Source: an uncultured virus (IMG/VR IMGVR_UViG_3300042520_002918)
Taxonomy: Duplodnaviria; Heunggongvirae; Uroviricota; Caudoviricetes
Strand: one strand, 5' to 3'
Length of the DNA stretch: 64,000 bases
IMG/VR virus record: IMGVR_UViG_3300042520_002918
In this document: in pieces, positions 29,101 to 38,054 of the stretch
Numbering within the stretch: position 1 is the stretch's first letter
Layout of the letters: every line of letters begins with the position of its first letter
The notes under the pieces: model-generated
Told to the model about the DNA's origin: nothing
The model's database searches: none
The model's input: only the letters and a program-made list of their open reading frames with translations
Translations under genes and position numbers: made by a program

Positions 29101-31624
29101 GGGAATCAACTGGCACGATTCCGTGGAACTCGCGACAGCGGCGGTTCTGCCGAACTCACCAACTTACGACAATGGAACAAGTGGTGTTGGTGCGACCCTT
29201 ACCGCTAGCGCAAGTGCGCGACTCATTATTGACGGAGTAAATGCGACAACCGGCGACAGAGTCTTGGTGCAGAATCAGGCAAATAGTGTTCATAACGGAA
29301 TTTATGATGTAACAAATCAGGGCTCGGTTTCTGCAGCATGGATTCTTACTCGCTCATCTGACCATGATGGAAACCTTGATGAAGTTGTACGCGGAGATGC
29401 TGTTTATGTTGCAAACGGCGCAACGCATATCAACCAAGGTTTTATTATCAATTCAGAGGGAACAGGAACAGGTGGTGCTCACATCATCGGTACTGACGCA
29501 ATAACCTTTACGCAGTTTACTGGTGCTGCAAACATTGTTGCCGGTACAGGAATTACGAAGACGGGAAACACACTGTCTATCGGTCAAGATGTGGCGACAA
29601 GCGCATCGGTTACATTCAATACTGTAAGCGCAAATCTTGTTGGTAATGCATCAACAGCCACAACGTTGCAAAACGCAAGGACGATAAGCCTTTCTGGCGA
29701 TGTAACTGGTTCGGTTTCTTTTGATGGCTCTACAAATGCTTCAATCACTGCGACTATTGCAGCGAACTCAGTTGCGCTCGGAACAGATACGACCGGAAAC
29801 TACATGTCTGACCTCACTGCTGGTACGGGTGTTGCAATTACACATACTCCGGCAGAAGGCTCAAACGCAACAATTGCAATTGGCCAAGATGTTGGGACTT
29901 CATCGTCTGTCACATTTGCACATGTTTCTGCGCCGGTAACAGGCAACATAACAGGCGATGTGACAGGAAATTCTGGAACGGCGACCGCTCTTCAGAATGC
30001 TCGAACAATCTCTCTTGGTGGAGACCTCAGCGGTTCGGTGTCGTTTAACGGAACATCGGATGTAACAATCACTGCGGCAGTTGAGCCGAACAGCGTTGCT
30101 CTTGGCACCGACACAACAGGAAACTATGTTTCTGATGTAACCGCAGGCACTGGTGTCACCGTCACACATACTCCTGGCGAAGGCTCAAGCCCGACGATTG
30201 CCATTGGTCAGGCTGTTGGCACTTCATCATCGGTGACATTTGCGGCAGTCACGGCTCCACTTATCGGCAATGCGTCTACCGCAACGGCCCTTGCCACATC
30301 TCGCACAATCTCTCTGGGCGGTGACCTGAGTGGTTCTGCTTCATTTAATGGTTCCTCTAATGTAACCATAAACGCAACAATCGCGGCTAACTCAGTTGCC
30401 CTAGGGACAGACACAACAGGAAATTATGTTTCTGATGTAACCGCAGGAACTGGTGTAACCGTTAGCCACACCCCAGGAGAGGGTTCAAGCCCCACAGTTG
30501 CAATCGGTCAGGCTGTTGGCACTTCCGCTTCGGTTCAATTTGCTCAAATCACCACAACTGGAAACGTCACTGTTGGCGGAGATTTAACAATCAATGGAAC
30601 GACAACGACTGTCAATACGGAGACAATCAATCTCGCTGACAACATCATTGTTCTCAATAGCAATGAGACAAGCGCGCCATCACAGAATGCTGGTATTGAA
30701 GTTGAACGTGGAACGTCGGCAAACGTTGCCGTCCGCTGGAATGAAACAAGCGATAAGTGGGAAATCACTGAAGATGGCTCTACGTATTACGACATTGCTA
30801 CAACATTTTATGTTGATGGGCAAACGGTTGCTTCACTCGATGACATCGGTGACGTATCAATTACATCTGCATCTGCCGGTCAAGTTCTAAAATGGAATGG
30901 AACTGCATGGGTAAATGACGCAGCAGGCGGCACAACCATCAATTCCCTCGATGACATCGCTGACGTAACAATTACGAGCGCTACATCTGGCCAATTCCTG
31001 AAATGGAATGGAACTGCATGGGTCAATGACGCAATTGACCTAGGGACAGATACAACTGGTAACTATATGTCGAACGTTGCTGCTGGCAACCTAATTACGG
31101 TTACGCACACGCCAGGAGAGGGTTCTAGTGCCTCAATTGCAGTATCTAGCGGAACTGCTGGACAAATCATTGTTGCCAACGCATCTGGTGTACCGACATG
31201 GGTAACGGAAACCGGCGATATAACAATTGACTCATCTGGCGTTACGGCGATTTCTTCCGGCGTGATTGTTAATGCTGATGTAAGCGCGACTGCGGCAATT
31301 GAACTTGGCAAATTGGCAGACATCTCAACAAACGCTCAAACAGCCAGTTATACACTTGTCCTTGCGGATAAGAACAAGATTGTAGAAATGAACGTTGCCT
31401 CTGCAAACAACTTGACCGTTCCACTGAACTCATCCGTTGCCTTCCCTGTGGGCTCACAAATCAACATTTTGCAGACAGGTGCTGGCCAGACAACAATTGT
31501 TGCAACTGGTGGGGTAACAATTAACGCAGCACCAGGCTTGAAGATGCGAGCACAGTGGTCCTATGCTACGCTTATCAAGCGAGCAGAAAATACGTGGGTT
31601 CTCGTAGGAGATATTTCGGCATAA
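26186..31624 (+). CDS. 1812-aa modular fibre protein with Mtd-N/hyaluronidase-like N-terminus
   Basis: RIQVKRGT..W...NPVL..GEIGFETDT.K.KIGDG..AWNSL; many internal repeats; C-terminal YTLVLAD...FPVGSQI...WVLVGD domain. Confidence 0.88.
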   Translation: MAGARIQVKRGTASSWTSNNPVLYAGEIGFETDTKKVKIGDGTTAWNSLSYTVIPISLSSLNDLSDVTITSVSGGDFLRYDSSASVWINDAVNLSTDTVGNYMVDVAGGTGVTVTHTPGEGSTASIAIGQDVGTSASVSFGQLTVNGQTNIAGHVIPSTTEAYDLGSASARFRDIYLSGTSINLGGAEITSDGTSITFSGGLTVDSLSDIDSVQFDTTASVAPAAGMLTWDSVEGTLNLGLTADKHIHLGEESVFRVRNTTGSQIQKGTALYASGVEEDGKVEVFPYTADGTIREESFIGLATESITNGGSGFVQTFGFVRGLDTRGNSSTAISVGDETWAVGDLLYVHPTVAGKLTNVAPRHSVLVATLVVRNASTGVLLVRPSVGEHIQDLHDVLLTSPTDGQFLRYNSASTVWVNDTINLGTDTVGNYVSDVVAGTGVTVTHTPAEGSSPTIAIGQSVATSASVTFAKLDTTGDITVGGNLTVNGTTTTLNTETLAIEDNIVVLNSNVTGSPTENAGIEVERGTSANVLIRWNETNDQWEFTNDGTTYGDIAALGAIELGTDTTGNYVNDLTAGTGVTVTHTPGEGSSPTVAIGQDVGTSSSVTFAHVSAPVTGNVTGNVTGNLTGNADTATSLQTSRAISLSGDLSGSASFNGTADVTITATVQPNSVALGTDTTGNYVNDIVAGSAITVTHTPGEGSSASVALNASLNDLNDVVVGTPEEFQALAYDGSGWVPTYTPVVSYVRNAEATTLASGTVVYLFGGNGDHASVKRADNALETTSSKTVGVMGTAVASNQNGPVITRGYVDGINLSAYSVGDILWLGTNGGVTTTKPSAPLNTVFIGVVVRATNNGIIYVAVQNGYELNELHDVKTNGKVDKDVLMWNSASSVWINDQINLGTDTVGNYMVDVTAGTGITISHTPSEGSTATISIPQSVATSASPTFAVLTLTGQPTETTHAVTKSYADSIAAGINWHDSVELATAAVLPNSPTYDNGTSGVGATLTASASARLIIDGVNATTGDRVLVQNQANSVHNGIYDVTNQGSVSAAWILTRSSDHDGNLDEVVRGDAVYVANGATHINQGFIINSEGTGTGGAHIIGTDAITFTQFTGAANIVAGTGITKTGNTLSIGQDVATSASVTFNTVSANLVGNASTATTLQNARTISLSGDVTGSVSFDGSTNASITATIAANSVALGTDTTGNYMSDLTAGTGVAITHTPAEGSNATIAIGQDVGTSSSVTFAHVSAPVTGNITGDVTGNSGTATALQNARTISLGGDLSGSVSFNGTSDVTITAAVEPNSVALGTDTTGNYVSDVTAGTGVTVTHTPGEGSSPTIAIGQAVGTSSSVTFAAVTAPLIGNASTATALATSRTISLGGDLSGSASFNGSSNVTINATIAANSVALGTDTTGNYVSDVTAGTGVTVSHTPGEGSSPTVAIGQAVGTSASVQFAQITTTGNVTVGGDLTINGTTTTVNTETINLADNIIVLNSNETSAPSQNAGIEVERGTSANVAVRWNETSDKWEITEDGSTYYDIATTFYVDGQTVASLDDIGDVSITSASAGQVLKWNGTAWVNDAAGGTTINSLDDIADVTITSATSGQFLKWNGTAWVNDAIDLGTDTTGNYMSNVAAGNLITVTHTPGEGSSASIAVSSGTAGQIIVANASGVPTWVTETGDITIDSSGVTAISSGVIVNADVSATAAIELGKLADISTNAQTASYTLVLADKNKIVEMNVASANNLTVPLNSSVAFPVGSQINILQTGAGQTTIVATGGVTINAAPGLKMRAQWSYATLIKRAENTWVLVGDISA
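26460..31160 (+). repeat. Nine dispersed ~40-45-aa repeats (L[G/S]TDT[T/V]GNY..D..AG..[V/I]T.THTP.EGS) in the fibre protein
   Basis: Counted in the translation; coordinates approximate. Confidence 0.85.
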
Positions 31625-31627
31625 TTT

Positions 31628-32119
31628 ATGGCAAGGGCACCAAAGGACAGTGGCGGCAAAAAGCCAACGACACCGTCGTCCCCAACAGGGACGGTCGTTC
31701 CCGTTGTCAATAACACAAACCCGAACAACGCACAGCAGGTAAGCGTTGCTTTCACACCGTCTTCTTACATTGGCAAGGGAACAGTTACATATACGGCGAC
31801 CTCAAGCCCTGGCGGTTTGACTGCGACTGGCTCATCTTCACCGATAACCGTATCTGGCTTAACTTCTGGAACTTCTTACACATTTACGGTTGTCGCAAAT
31901 ACAAATTATGGCGTTCCATCAGATGTTTCAGCGGCATCACCATCGGTAACTCCTCCGTATTTTCCGCCTTTTTTCCCTCCGTTTTTCCCACCGTTCTTCC
32001 CGCCCTTTTTCCCCCCATACTTCCCGCCGTTCTTCCCACCTTTCTTCCCGCCATTCTTCCCACCTTTCTTCCCGCCATATTTCCCACCCTGCTTTAATCC
32101 AAAATTGGGCCCGTGCTGA
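31628..32119 (+). CDS. Fibronectin type III domain protein with C-terminal (PP[F/Y/C]F)12 repeat
   Basis: VSVAFTP...YTATSSPGG.TATGSSSPITVSGLTSGTSYTFTVVA (FN3); ends PPCFNPKLGPC. Confidence 0.9.
   Translation: MARAPKDSGGKKPTTPSSPTGTVVPVVNNTNPNNAQQVSVAFTPSSYIGKGTVTYTATSSPGGLTATGSSSPITVSGLTSGTSYTFTVVANTNYGVPSDVSAASPSVTPPYFPPFFPPFFPPFFPPFFPPYFPPFFPPFFPPFFPPFFPPYFPPCFNPKLGPC
31952..32095 (+). repeat. 12 x 12-bp coding tandem repeat encoding PPYF(PPFF)4PPYF(PPFF)4PPYF PPCF
   Basis: Read directly from DNA; synonymous Pro/Phe codons vary between units. Confidence 0.95.
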
Positions 32120-32165
32120 TTAGTTAAATCCAGAACTCCAATGCAGTGGCTGTTAGGGTTATGAC

Positions 32166-32804
32166 ATGAGCACGGACGTTACAGCAGAAAGCCCATGGAA
32201 AATCAAGCCGGGACATTTCGGAAACAGTTCATCAAATATTGTTGTCATTGACAATTTTATTGAATTGGAAGATTTGAAACTTATTCAGGAGTTTTGCCCA
32301 ACCATTAATCAGTGGAACAATTCTGCTGAAAGCGTGTACGCCGAAGATGGAACTTGTTTATATAACGCAGATTATTGGAACGACAGACAGTGCAGTAGCG
32401 AGATATTAGAACGGCTCAACAAACAGGTATGGATACTTGTTGACAAATATATTGACAAAATGCAGAAAACGATTGAAGACTTTTACAAAGTGAAAGTCAG
32501 CAAACGCCCTCCCGTAATAATGAAATGGCGTCCTGGAATTGAGCAAAAACCTCACGCGGACAAACAATTGAATGACGGAAGACCAAATGCATTTGTTGAC
32601 TATGACCTCAACTCTCTGTTTTATTACAACGACGATTTTGAAGGCGGAGATTTGTTTTATCCACAACACGACCTCACGGTAAGGCCAAAGCCAGGCTTGG
32701 CCGTCATGCACCCCGGTGATGTCAATTATCTGCATGGGGTAACAATGATTACAAAAGGATTTAGGTATACGACTCCATCGTTCTATACGGTCGTTGGCTC
32801 ATAA
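32166..32804 (+). CDS. Prolyl 4-hydroxylase-like Fe(II)/2OG dioxygenase
   Basis: KPHADK (HxD), YYNDDFEGGDLFY, YLHGV....G.RYT. Confidence 0.88.
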   Translation: MSTDVTAESPWKIKPGHFGNSSSNIVVIDNFIELEDLKLIQEFCPTINQWNNSAESVYAEDGTCLYNADYWNDRQCSSEILERLNKQVWILVDKYIDKMQKTIEDFYKVKVSKRPPVIMKWRPGIEQKPHADKQLNDGRPNAFVDYDLNSLFYYNDDFEGGDLFYPQHDLTVRPKPGLAVMHPGDVNYLHGVTMITKGFRYTTPSFYTVVGS

Positions 32805-33324
32805 TCCTATTTTCCTTTTTTGCCTTTTCTTTACAGTAGATGATTGTCCAAATATCATCAGTAAACAGAGACCCAATAAATTGAGCATGCTCGCCATGCA
32901 GGAGCATCAAGCGAGTCAACCCATCTTTATCAAAAGAACTGTTGAGCGGGTATCCATGGATTGCTCCGTCAACGTAATCATACTTACCTTGCGCCACAGT
33001 CTCATAAAAAGAATGCTCTGATGACTCTCCCCACAATGAATTGAAGTCAACAAGAATTTTGTCAAAGCCCACATGTATCAAACGTTCTGCGGTTTCTGGC
33101 CCGCTATTGCCAAACCCAACAGACATAATTACATCAGAACGGTCTGAAAGTTCTTTGATTGTCCCAACATCAATGGCGCCCACAGAGCGAGCCCTGTCAA
33201 TTGTTTTTTGTGAACGACCATGGGAGGCCCATATAACCGAATGCCCAGACGAAAGCAATGATGACGCAAGCGATGACCCCATTACTCCAAGAGAAACAAG
33301 GCCGACGACACGGTTTATTCCCAT
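32761..33324 (-). CDS. NAD(P)-binding protein of the 6-phosphogluconate/3-hydroxyisobutyrate dehydrogenase family (N-terminal domain only)
   Basis: VGLVSLGVMGSSLA, SDVIMSV, VDFNS, YVDGAI.G.P; own leaderless -10 (TATCAT). Confidence 0.75.
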   Translation of the reverse strand: MGINRVVGLVSLGVMGSSLASSLLSSGHSVIWASHGRSQKTIDRARSVGAIDVGTIKELSDRSDVIMSVGFGNSGPETAERLIHVGFDKILVDFNSLWGESSEHSFYETVAQGKYDYVDGAIHGYPLNSSFDKDGLTRLMLLHGEHAQFIGSLFTDDIWTIIYCKEKAKKENRIMSQRPYRTMESYT

Positions 33325-33349
33325 ATAGTTATGATAGTCTGAATTTGTG
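33322..33349. promoter_or_regulatory. Overlapping divergent leaderless promoters
   Basis: + strand TGaTAGTCT-6 nt-GTG(33347); - strand TATCAT-6 nt-ATG(33324). Confidence 0.6.
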
Positions 33350-34366
33350 AGTGTAAATAAACCAAAAGATTTTGATACATCAACTGCGTGGCACGACTAC
33401 ACAGTTACCGAAATTATTGCTAGACACTTCTGGGTTGGGGAAACAACTGGATATCAAGCCGTAGCCAATGCATGGGCACAAATAGCAGAAGGAAAAATAG
33501 ACGAACTTGGTTTGGATGTGGGTTTTGTTGAGTCCGTTGGCTTCCTTCATGCTTTAAATACTTTTGGGAAAAACATTCATATCAACGGATATGGGCATAA
33601 AACAAATGGCGGACGTAAATCATATATTGACTATCGATTACTTGAGCAGTACACCTCTAGCGAAAATCATGGTGATTTTGTAGATAAGGGTTATTCCGTT
33701 TGTTTAGGCGGAGCACCAAAAGATGCGATTAGCGACTACAAATCAAAATATGCAAAAGAAATGCTTTTAAAGACGGGCACCAAAAAAAAGTCTTATTTGT
33801 TTTCAACAAAAGAATATCTTGTATCGGAGTCAATTGTCTCTATTCTGTGCAACGACTTCATGGAGTCATTGGCAGATTCAATGAACACGGCATATGGACT
33901 TAGATTTGTTCATGCTTTTACATGGTCGTCGCAGCACCATTGGAAGATGGAGGCGCCATGGTGCAATGAGCCAATCACTTCGCCGGGCACAGTTATAGAA
34001 ATGGTTGCCATAGAAGACCATCATCCAATTTCTGGAGTATTACAAATAGCGGCAGGTTCGCATGCGCTGGACCTTGACCAAAACATCATTGGGGACCTAA
34101 CCTCCAATGAAAAATACAACGAATATATTCACTACTGTCACAGGTTGGCAAATGCAGATGTTGGGAAAATATATCAACACATGCCCATGGAAGGCGACGC
34201 AATCGCATGGCAAGGGAAGTCATTGTATTGCGATGCGATACCAAACAACGAAAAATCACTAACGAGAAACGCGCTGTTTGGCATATTTGAAAAAGTCAAT
34301 ATTGAGGACAATAAAGACTCTTTGCTACCCATCCCAAATAGGAATAAGTTGTTTCTGATTAAGTGA
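33347..34366 (+). CDS. PhyH-like dioxygenase-fold protein, apparently lacking canonical metal ligands
   Basis: GVLQIAAGSH and EGDAIAWQGK..Y resemble PhyH motifs, but no clear HxD or distal His. Confidence 0.5.
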   Translation: MSVNKPKDFDTSTAWHDYTVTEIIARHFWVGETTGYQAVANAWAQIAEGKIDELGLDVGFVESVGFLHALNTFGKNIHINGYGHKTNGGRKSYIDYRLLEQYTSSENHGDFVDKGYSVCLGGAPKDAISDYKSKYAKEMLLKTGTKKKSYLFSTKEYLVSESIVSILCNDFMESLADSMNTAYGLRFVHAFTWSSQHHWKMEAPWCNEPITSPGTVIEMVAIEDHHPISGVLQIAAGSHALDLDQNIIGDLTSNEKYNEYIHYCHRLANADVGKIYQHMPMEGDAIAWQGKSLYCDAIPNNEKSLTRNALFGIFEKVNIEDNKDSLLPIPNRNKLFLIK

Positions 34367-35230
34367 TTACATCCCGAGCATGTAATCGATATCGTTTTTG
34401 ATTATTCTCAGGGATTCGTTAATTCCCTTTTGTTGCAACTTTGTTGGATACGGGGCGTTTGTCCACTCAAAAAATTCTTTTTCTCCCAATTCTTGTTTGA
34501 GTTTTTCCAAACCCTCACCCTGCCACCAAGGGAATGGCTCGCCATGCGGTGTTCGTTCACCGAGAAGAAATCCATTGTGATAGCGCAAATATTGCGTTCC
34601 TGTCCTATCAATCAAAAACTTTGTAAAATTACCAGTCAAATTGGACATTCCCCTTTTGTCATCTGGCTTTGACGCCTTTACTTTTGCCCAAGGAATAAAT
34701 TCGTCAGTATAGGGGGTTCCGTTTTCTTGAAAATCTGCCGAATGACAACCAGTCAAATAAAACCACAATTCATGAATGTCCTGAATCTTTTGAGCATTTG
34801 GAACATAGTCTTCGCTGTACGAGTGCTTGTCGTATCTACCGTTTGTCAACTCAGTGAATTCGTATGTTGAGCCGAAATGGGTCTTGGCATAATCCTGTGC
34901 TATTTGACCTGGGGTCATGCTCAGCGCATTTTTTTCAGCATAAGAAGCGAGTCCGCCCTGGAACTGTTCGTATCCGTGACACACAAAGTCGTCAACAACC
35001 ACAGCCAAAATTTTAAAATCTGGGTTTCCCTTATACATTTGATGAAGTTGCTCAATTACGCCGTGTTGAGGAATATTCCCGCAGCCTGCGGCGACATTGA
35101 AAAGCAGGGTTACCTTACCCCTTGCGTCACCCAAAACGTCACTGTTTTTCCCGTCGGCTGACTTGATTTTTATGTCGTAAATAGACAATGGCAGGGTTTC
35201 GATTGCCCCCGAAATAGGCGCTATACTCAT
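34367..35230 (-). CDS. Glutathione peroxidase-like thioredoxin-fold protein (Cys type)
   Basis: SIYDIKI, RGKVTLLFNVAAGCG, GNFTKFLIDRTG; promoter TTGACC-16 nt-TAGAAT-6 nt-ATG on the - strand. Confidence 0.8.
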   Translation of the reverse strand: MSIAPISGAIETLPLSIYDIKIKSADGKNSDVLGDARGKVTLLFNVAAGCGNIPQHGVIEQLHQMYKGNPDFKILAVVVDDFVCHGYEQFQGGLASYAEKNALSMTPGQIAQDYAKTHFGSTYEFTELTNGRYDKHSYSEDYVPNAQKIQDIHELWFYLTGCHSADFQENGTPYTDEFIPWAKVKASKPDDKRGMSNLTGNFTKFLIDRTGTQYLRYHNGFLLGERTPHGEPFPWWQGEGLEKLKQELGEKEFFEWTNAPYPTKLQQKGINESLRIIKNDIDYMLGM

Positions 35231-35279
35231 AAGAACATTCTACTATCACGACATCCCAGGTCAAGAAAGGTCCAATACA

Positions 35280-35969
35280 ATGAACTCAGCCATAAATGTT
35301 TCGTGCGAATATCTTGGAGACCCTCGCTTCGCGATTATGGTCTACAGAAATATGCTCCCCAAAGAACTGCGTTTGATAGAGCGCTTGGAGGAGACGATAG
35401 GGACGAGCACAACACCCCCGTACATGTGGATGGAGGCCCTTGTCGGACACCAGGAAAAGATGCCCGACTACAGGGACTGTTTTGACTGCAAAATTAGCGA
35501 ACAACTTGCGAACCAGGCGCCAGGCGAGTTCTTGGAAATAAAGGCCATTTGGTCAGACACAATCGAAAGACTCACGCCGTGCTTGCGTCATTATGAGTCA
35601 ATGTACAACGTAAAAATGGAATGGATGGAAGCAATTAATTACGTCAAGTACGGACCAAAACAACACTTTCAAACTCACACCGACCACGGATTTTCTTACA
35701 CATGCACGATATCGTCCATCATGTATCTAAACGATGATTATGAAGGTGGAGAACTGTTCTTCCCATATTTTGACTTGAAGTTCAAGCCAGAAGCAGGAGA
35801 CATTGTTTTCTTCCCATCGACATACATTTTCGCTCACGCAGCACTTCCAGTTCAGAGCGGAGTGAAATATTCTGCCGTCACAATGTTTGACTACAACGAC
35901 AAGAACCACAAGCAGGTTCAGTCTTATTCTCCAGTTGCGGCAACACGTGGGGTGAGCACATCACAGTGA
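35280..35969 (+). CDS. Prolyl 4-hydroxylase-like Fe(II)/2OG dioxygenase (Lys-type 2OG ligand)
   Basis: THTD, YLNDDYEGGELFF, AHAALPVQSGVKY. Confidence 0.9.
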   Translation: MNSAINVSCEYLGDPRFAIMVYRNMLPKELRLIERLEETIGTSTTPPYMWMEALVGHQEKMPDYRDCFDCKISEQLANQAPGEFLEIKAIWSDTIERLTPCLRHYESMYNVKMEWMEAINYVKYGPKQHFQTHTDHGFSYTCTISSIMYLNDDYEGGELFFPYFDLKFKPEAGDIVFFPSTYIFAHAALPVQSGVKYSAVTMFDYNDKNHKQVQSYSPVAATRGVSTSQ

Positions 35970-36673
35970 CAAATGTTCAGTTTGTAAAAACGACACAAAA
36001 CCCGCCAGAAATTAGACAGTCGCGAATCAAGCGAGACTGGATGGATGAGACCTACAAAAAGCATGCTTATCAATGCATGCCAATGTCTGTCGCGAATGTT
36101 TTAGGTTGGGAACTGGTGCTGAGTGAGGATGTTGTTGTCCAGTGGGATGGCGGCAACTCAGTCCCCAAAATATTGTCTGGCGAAAAAACATCAAGCGGTT
36201 TTACACAAGTCCACTGCTCAATAATTGGAATGGTTTCTTTTGCAATGGGCTGGGTCGTGAGAACAGAAAAAAATTACAGTACTTGGTTTTCTGGTTCGCC
36301 AAACTATTTGAGAAGTGACGCACAGGCACTTTCAGCAACTGTTCCTACATTTTGGTGGCCAGACGAGGTTCAAATGAACTGGAAAATTAATGTCATTGGC
36401 GCGCCTGTCACATTCAAGGCCGGTGAGCCAATTTGCTTCTTTAACATATACGACAACAGGGTTATGACGGATGCGACCGTTTCGGTATCAAATTTATGGG
36501 ATGACAAAGAACTTATGGAACAAAGAATGAAATATGGACAACTAAAGAGCGACAACAATAATGAACGTCCATGGACATGGACAAAAGGCATAAAGACAGG
36601 TCTTGACGCTGATGGCAATACTATTGGGCCAACATTCACAGGACTTCCTGTAATTTCTGTTCCAAATCAATAA
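35966..36673 (+). CDS. DUF6065-like protein
   Basis: RDWMD.T..KHAYQCMP...AN..GW, SGSPNY, WWP...MNWKI, F.AGEPICF. Confidence 0.75.
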   Translation: MTNVQFVKTTQNPPEIRQSRIKRDWMDETYKKHAYQCMPMSVANVLGWELVLSEDVVVQWDGGNSVPKILSGEKTSSGFTQVHCSIIGMVSFAMGWVVRTEKNYSTWFSGSPNYLRSDAQALSATVPTFWWPDEVQMNWKINVIGAPVTFKAGEPICFFNIYDNRVMTDATVSVSNLWDDKELMEQRMKYGQLKSDNNNERPWTWTKGIKTGLDADGNTIGPTFTGLPVISVPNQ

Positions 36674-36689
36674 TGTTATAATTTGCCTT

Positions 36690-37721
36690 ATGGACGATAG
36701 ATACTTTGGTTATTATCCAACAATTGATGACCAAGCAGTCAAGGAAATCATGGCTATGGACATGGTCAAACTTGGTGGCGGTGTAATCGCATTTCCAAAT
36801 GCCTTCAAGGTAAATCAAGAACAATTACTTCCATGGATTGACAAAGAAGGGAAGCATGCGCATGAGCAAAGATGGAAATTTGACTACGACCTAGAAGGAA
36901 ATAAATATGCCGTAAACGAAGACGGCAATAAATTCTCCATAGAGCAGATGAACGAAGTGCCGGTGAGAGTGCTTCAGGTTGTCAACGAGAACACCGAACA
37001 AAATATGATTGATTTCTTTCGATATCTGGAAGATTCAATTTATAAATGTGTACTGAAATACATACACGAATTTCCAATGGTTTTGCCAACTCTTTGGTGG
37101 AGGACTAGAGGGCATGCTTTGAGATACTCCAAGGGCAACTACTTGGGAGTTCACAATGACAACGACACAAATTTTAGAGCCGAAAAAGGTAAGAAGTACA
37201 TACCGAAGGGACAATTGGGTGCACGTCAGACAATTGCAATCATGGCTTATTTCAACGATTGCGTCGATGAGGGAACGGTTGGCGAGAACCAGTATTCAGG
37301 CGGCGAATTATTCTTTCCTTATTTGGGGGTTGAGTATCAGGCCAAAGCAGGAGACATAGTTGTGTTTCCATGTAATTTCATTGCGACTCATGGCGTTCGC
37401 ACTGTCACCGAAGGAAATCGGTACGGATATTTAACTTTTTACGCTCAAGGAAGCAGTGACCCCAATGTGCTCGTGGAAGTATTCGACGTTGATACGGTAA
37501 AGGCGTGGTGCGAGCCGCATTGGTTAGAGCCATTATACGAAGATTATAAAAAGTACTGTGGCATTGAGGAGTTTGGTAAATCCGAGGAGGAGTTAAGCGG
37601 TAAGCCAAATCCCCTTTTCCAAAATAGGTCGCTAGAAGGGGAGGATGGCCTGAAGCAGGCGTACAGGCACTCAGACGTATTTGATGCCAACAATAAACGA
37701 GGCAAGGTTCAGTCGCTATAG
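36690..37721 (+). CDS. P4H-like Fe(II)/2OG dioxygenase
   Basis: GVHNDND, YSGGELFF, FPCN...THGVRTV..G.RY; leaderless TGtTATAAT-7 nt-ATG. Confidence 0.87.
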   Translation: MDDRYFGYYPTIDDQAVKEIMAMDMVKLGGGVIAFPNAFKVNQEQLLPWIDKEGKHAHEQRWKFDYDLEGNKYAVNEDGNKFSIEQMNEVPVRVLQVVNENTEQNMIDFFRYLEDSIYKCVLKYIHEFPMVLPTLWWRTRGHALRYSKGNYLGVHNDNDTNFRAEKGKKYIPKGQLGARQTIAIMAYFNDCVDEGTVGENQYSGGELFFPYLGVEYQAKAGDIVVFPCNFIATHGVRTVTEGNRYGYLTFYAQGSSDPNVLVEVFDVDTVKAWCEPHWLEPLYEDYKKYCGIEEFGKSEEELSGKPNPLFQNRSLEGEDGLKQAYRHSDVFDANNKRGKVQSL

Positions 37722-37802
37722 GCGTCGCCACCTTTGCCTTTTTTTGAGTAGCAGTGCTATTATTGAATCAACAACGGTCAAGACGCGGCTAAAAGGAGAC
37801 CA

Positions 37803-38051
37803 ATGAAACTCAACACAAATATTGACGTAGCGACACAAAAGCGCCTTGTGGAAGAGGCAATTGCAGCGCAGGAAACAGAAGTATTTGGCGTACTGCTTCG
37901 CTACGGGGTAGACGTTGACACCTTTGACGAAGCCACTTTTTCTGAGTCTTTCGCCGAGAACCAGACAGATGTTCAGCAATGGAAACTGGACGTAAAGAAA
38001 AAACTTGAAACGATTGCGTCCCTCAAATCACGTCTAGAAAAACTTGGGTAA
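37803..38051 (+). CDS. Small acidic protein ('GVD' paralogue 1)
   Basis: SD AAAGGAGA; promoter TTGCCT-18 nt-TATTAT (37734-37763). Confidence 0.75.
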   Translation: MKLNTNIDVATQKRLVEEAIAAQETEVFGVLLRYGVDVDTFDEATFSESFAENQTDVQQWKLDVKKKLETIASLKSRLEKLG

Positions 38052-38054
38052 TCA

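Noticed and set aside
23509..31624. Collagen Gly-X-Y repeats as the hydroxylase substrate
   Set aside because: No sustained Gly-X-Y tracts in any fibre translation; the Pro-rich tracts are Gly-free or nearly so.
31952..32095. PPFF repeat as a RiPP precursor for cyclic peptides
   Set aside because: It is fused to an FN3 domain at the end of a structural gene cluster, with no spacer or recognition sequences and no prolyl oligopeptidase or macrocyclase nearby. Kept only as a remote alternative.
26186..32119. Diversity-generating retroelement suggested by the Mtd-N-like domain
   Set aside because: No reverse transcriptase and no template/variable repeat pair differing at adenines seen in the window; this N-terminal domain is common without DGRs.
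34367..35230. Selenocysteine recoding in the GPx-like gene
   Set aside because: The active-site position is an ordinary Cys (NVAAGCG) in an uninterrupted ORF.
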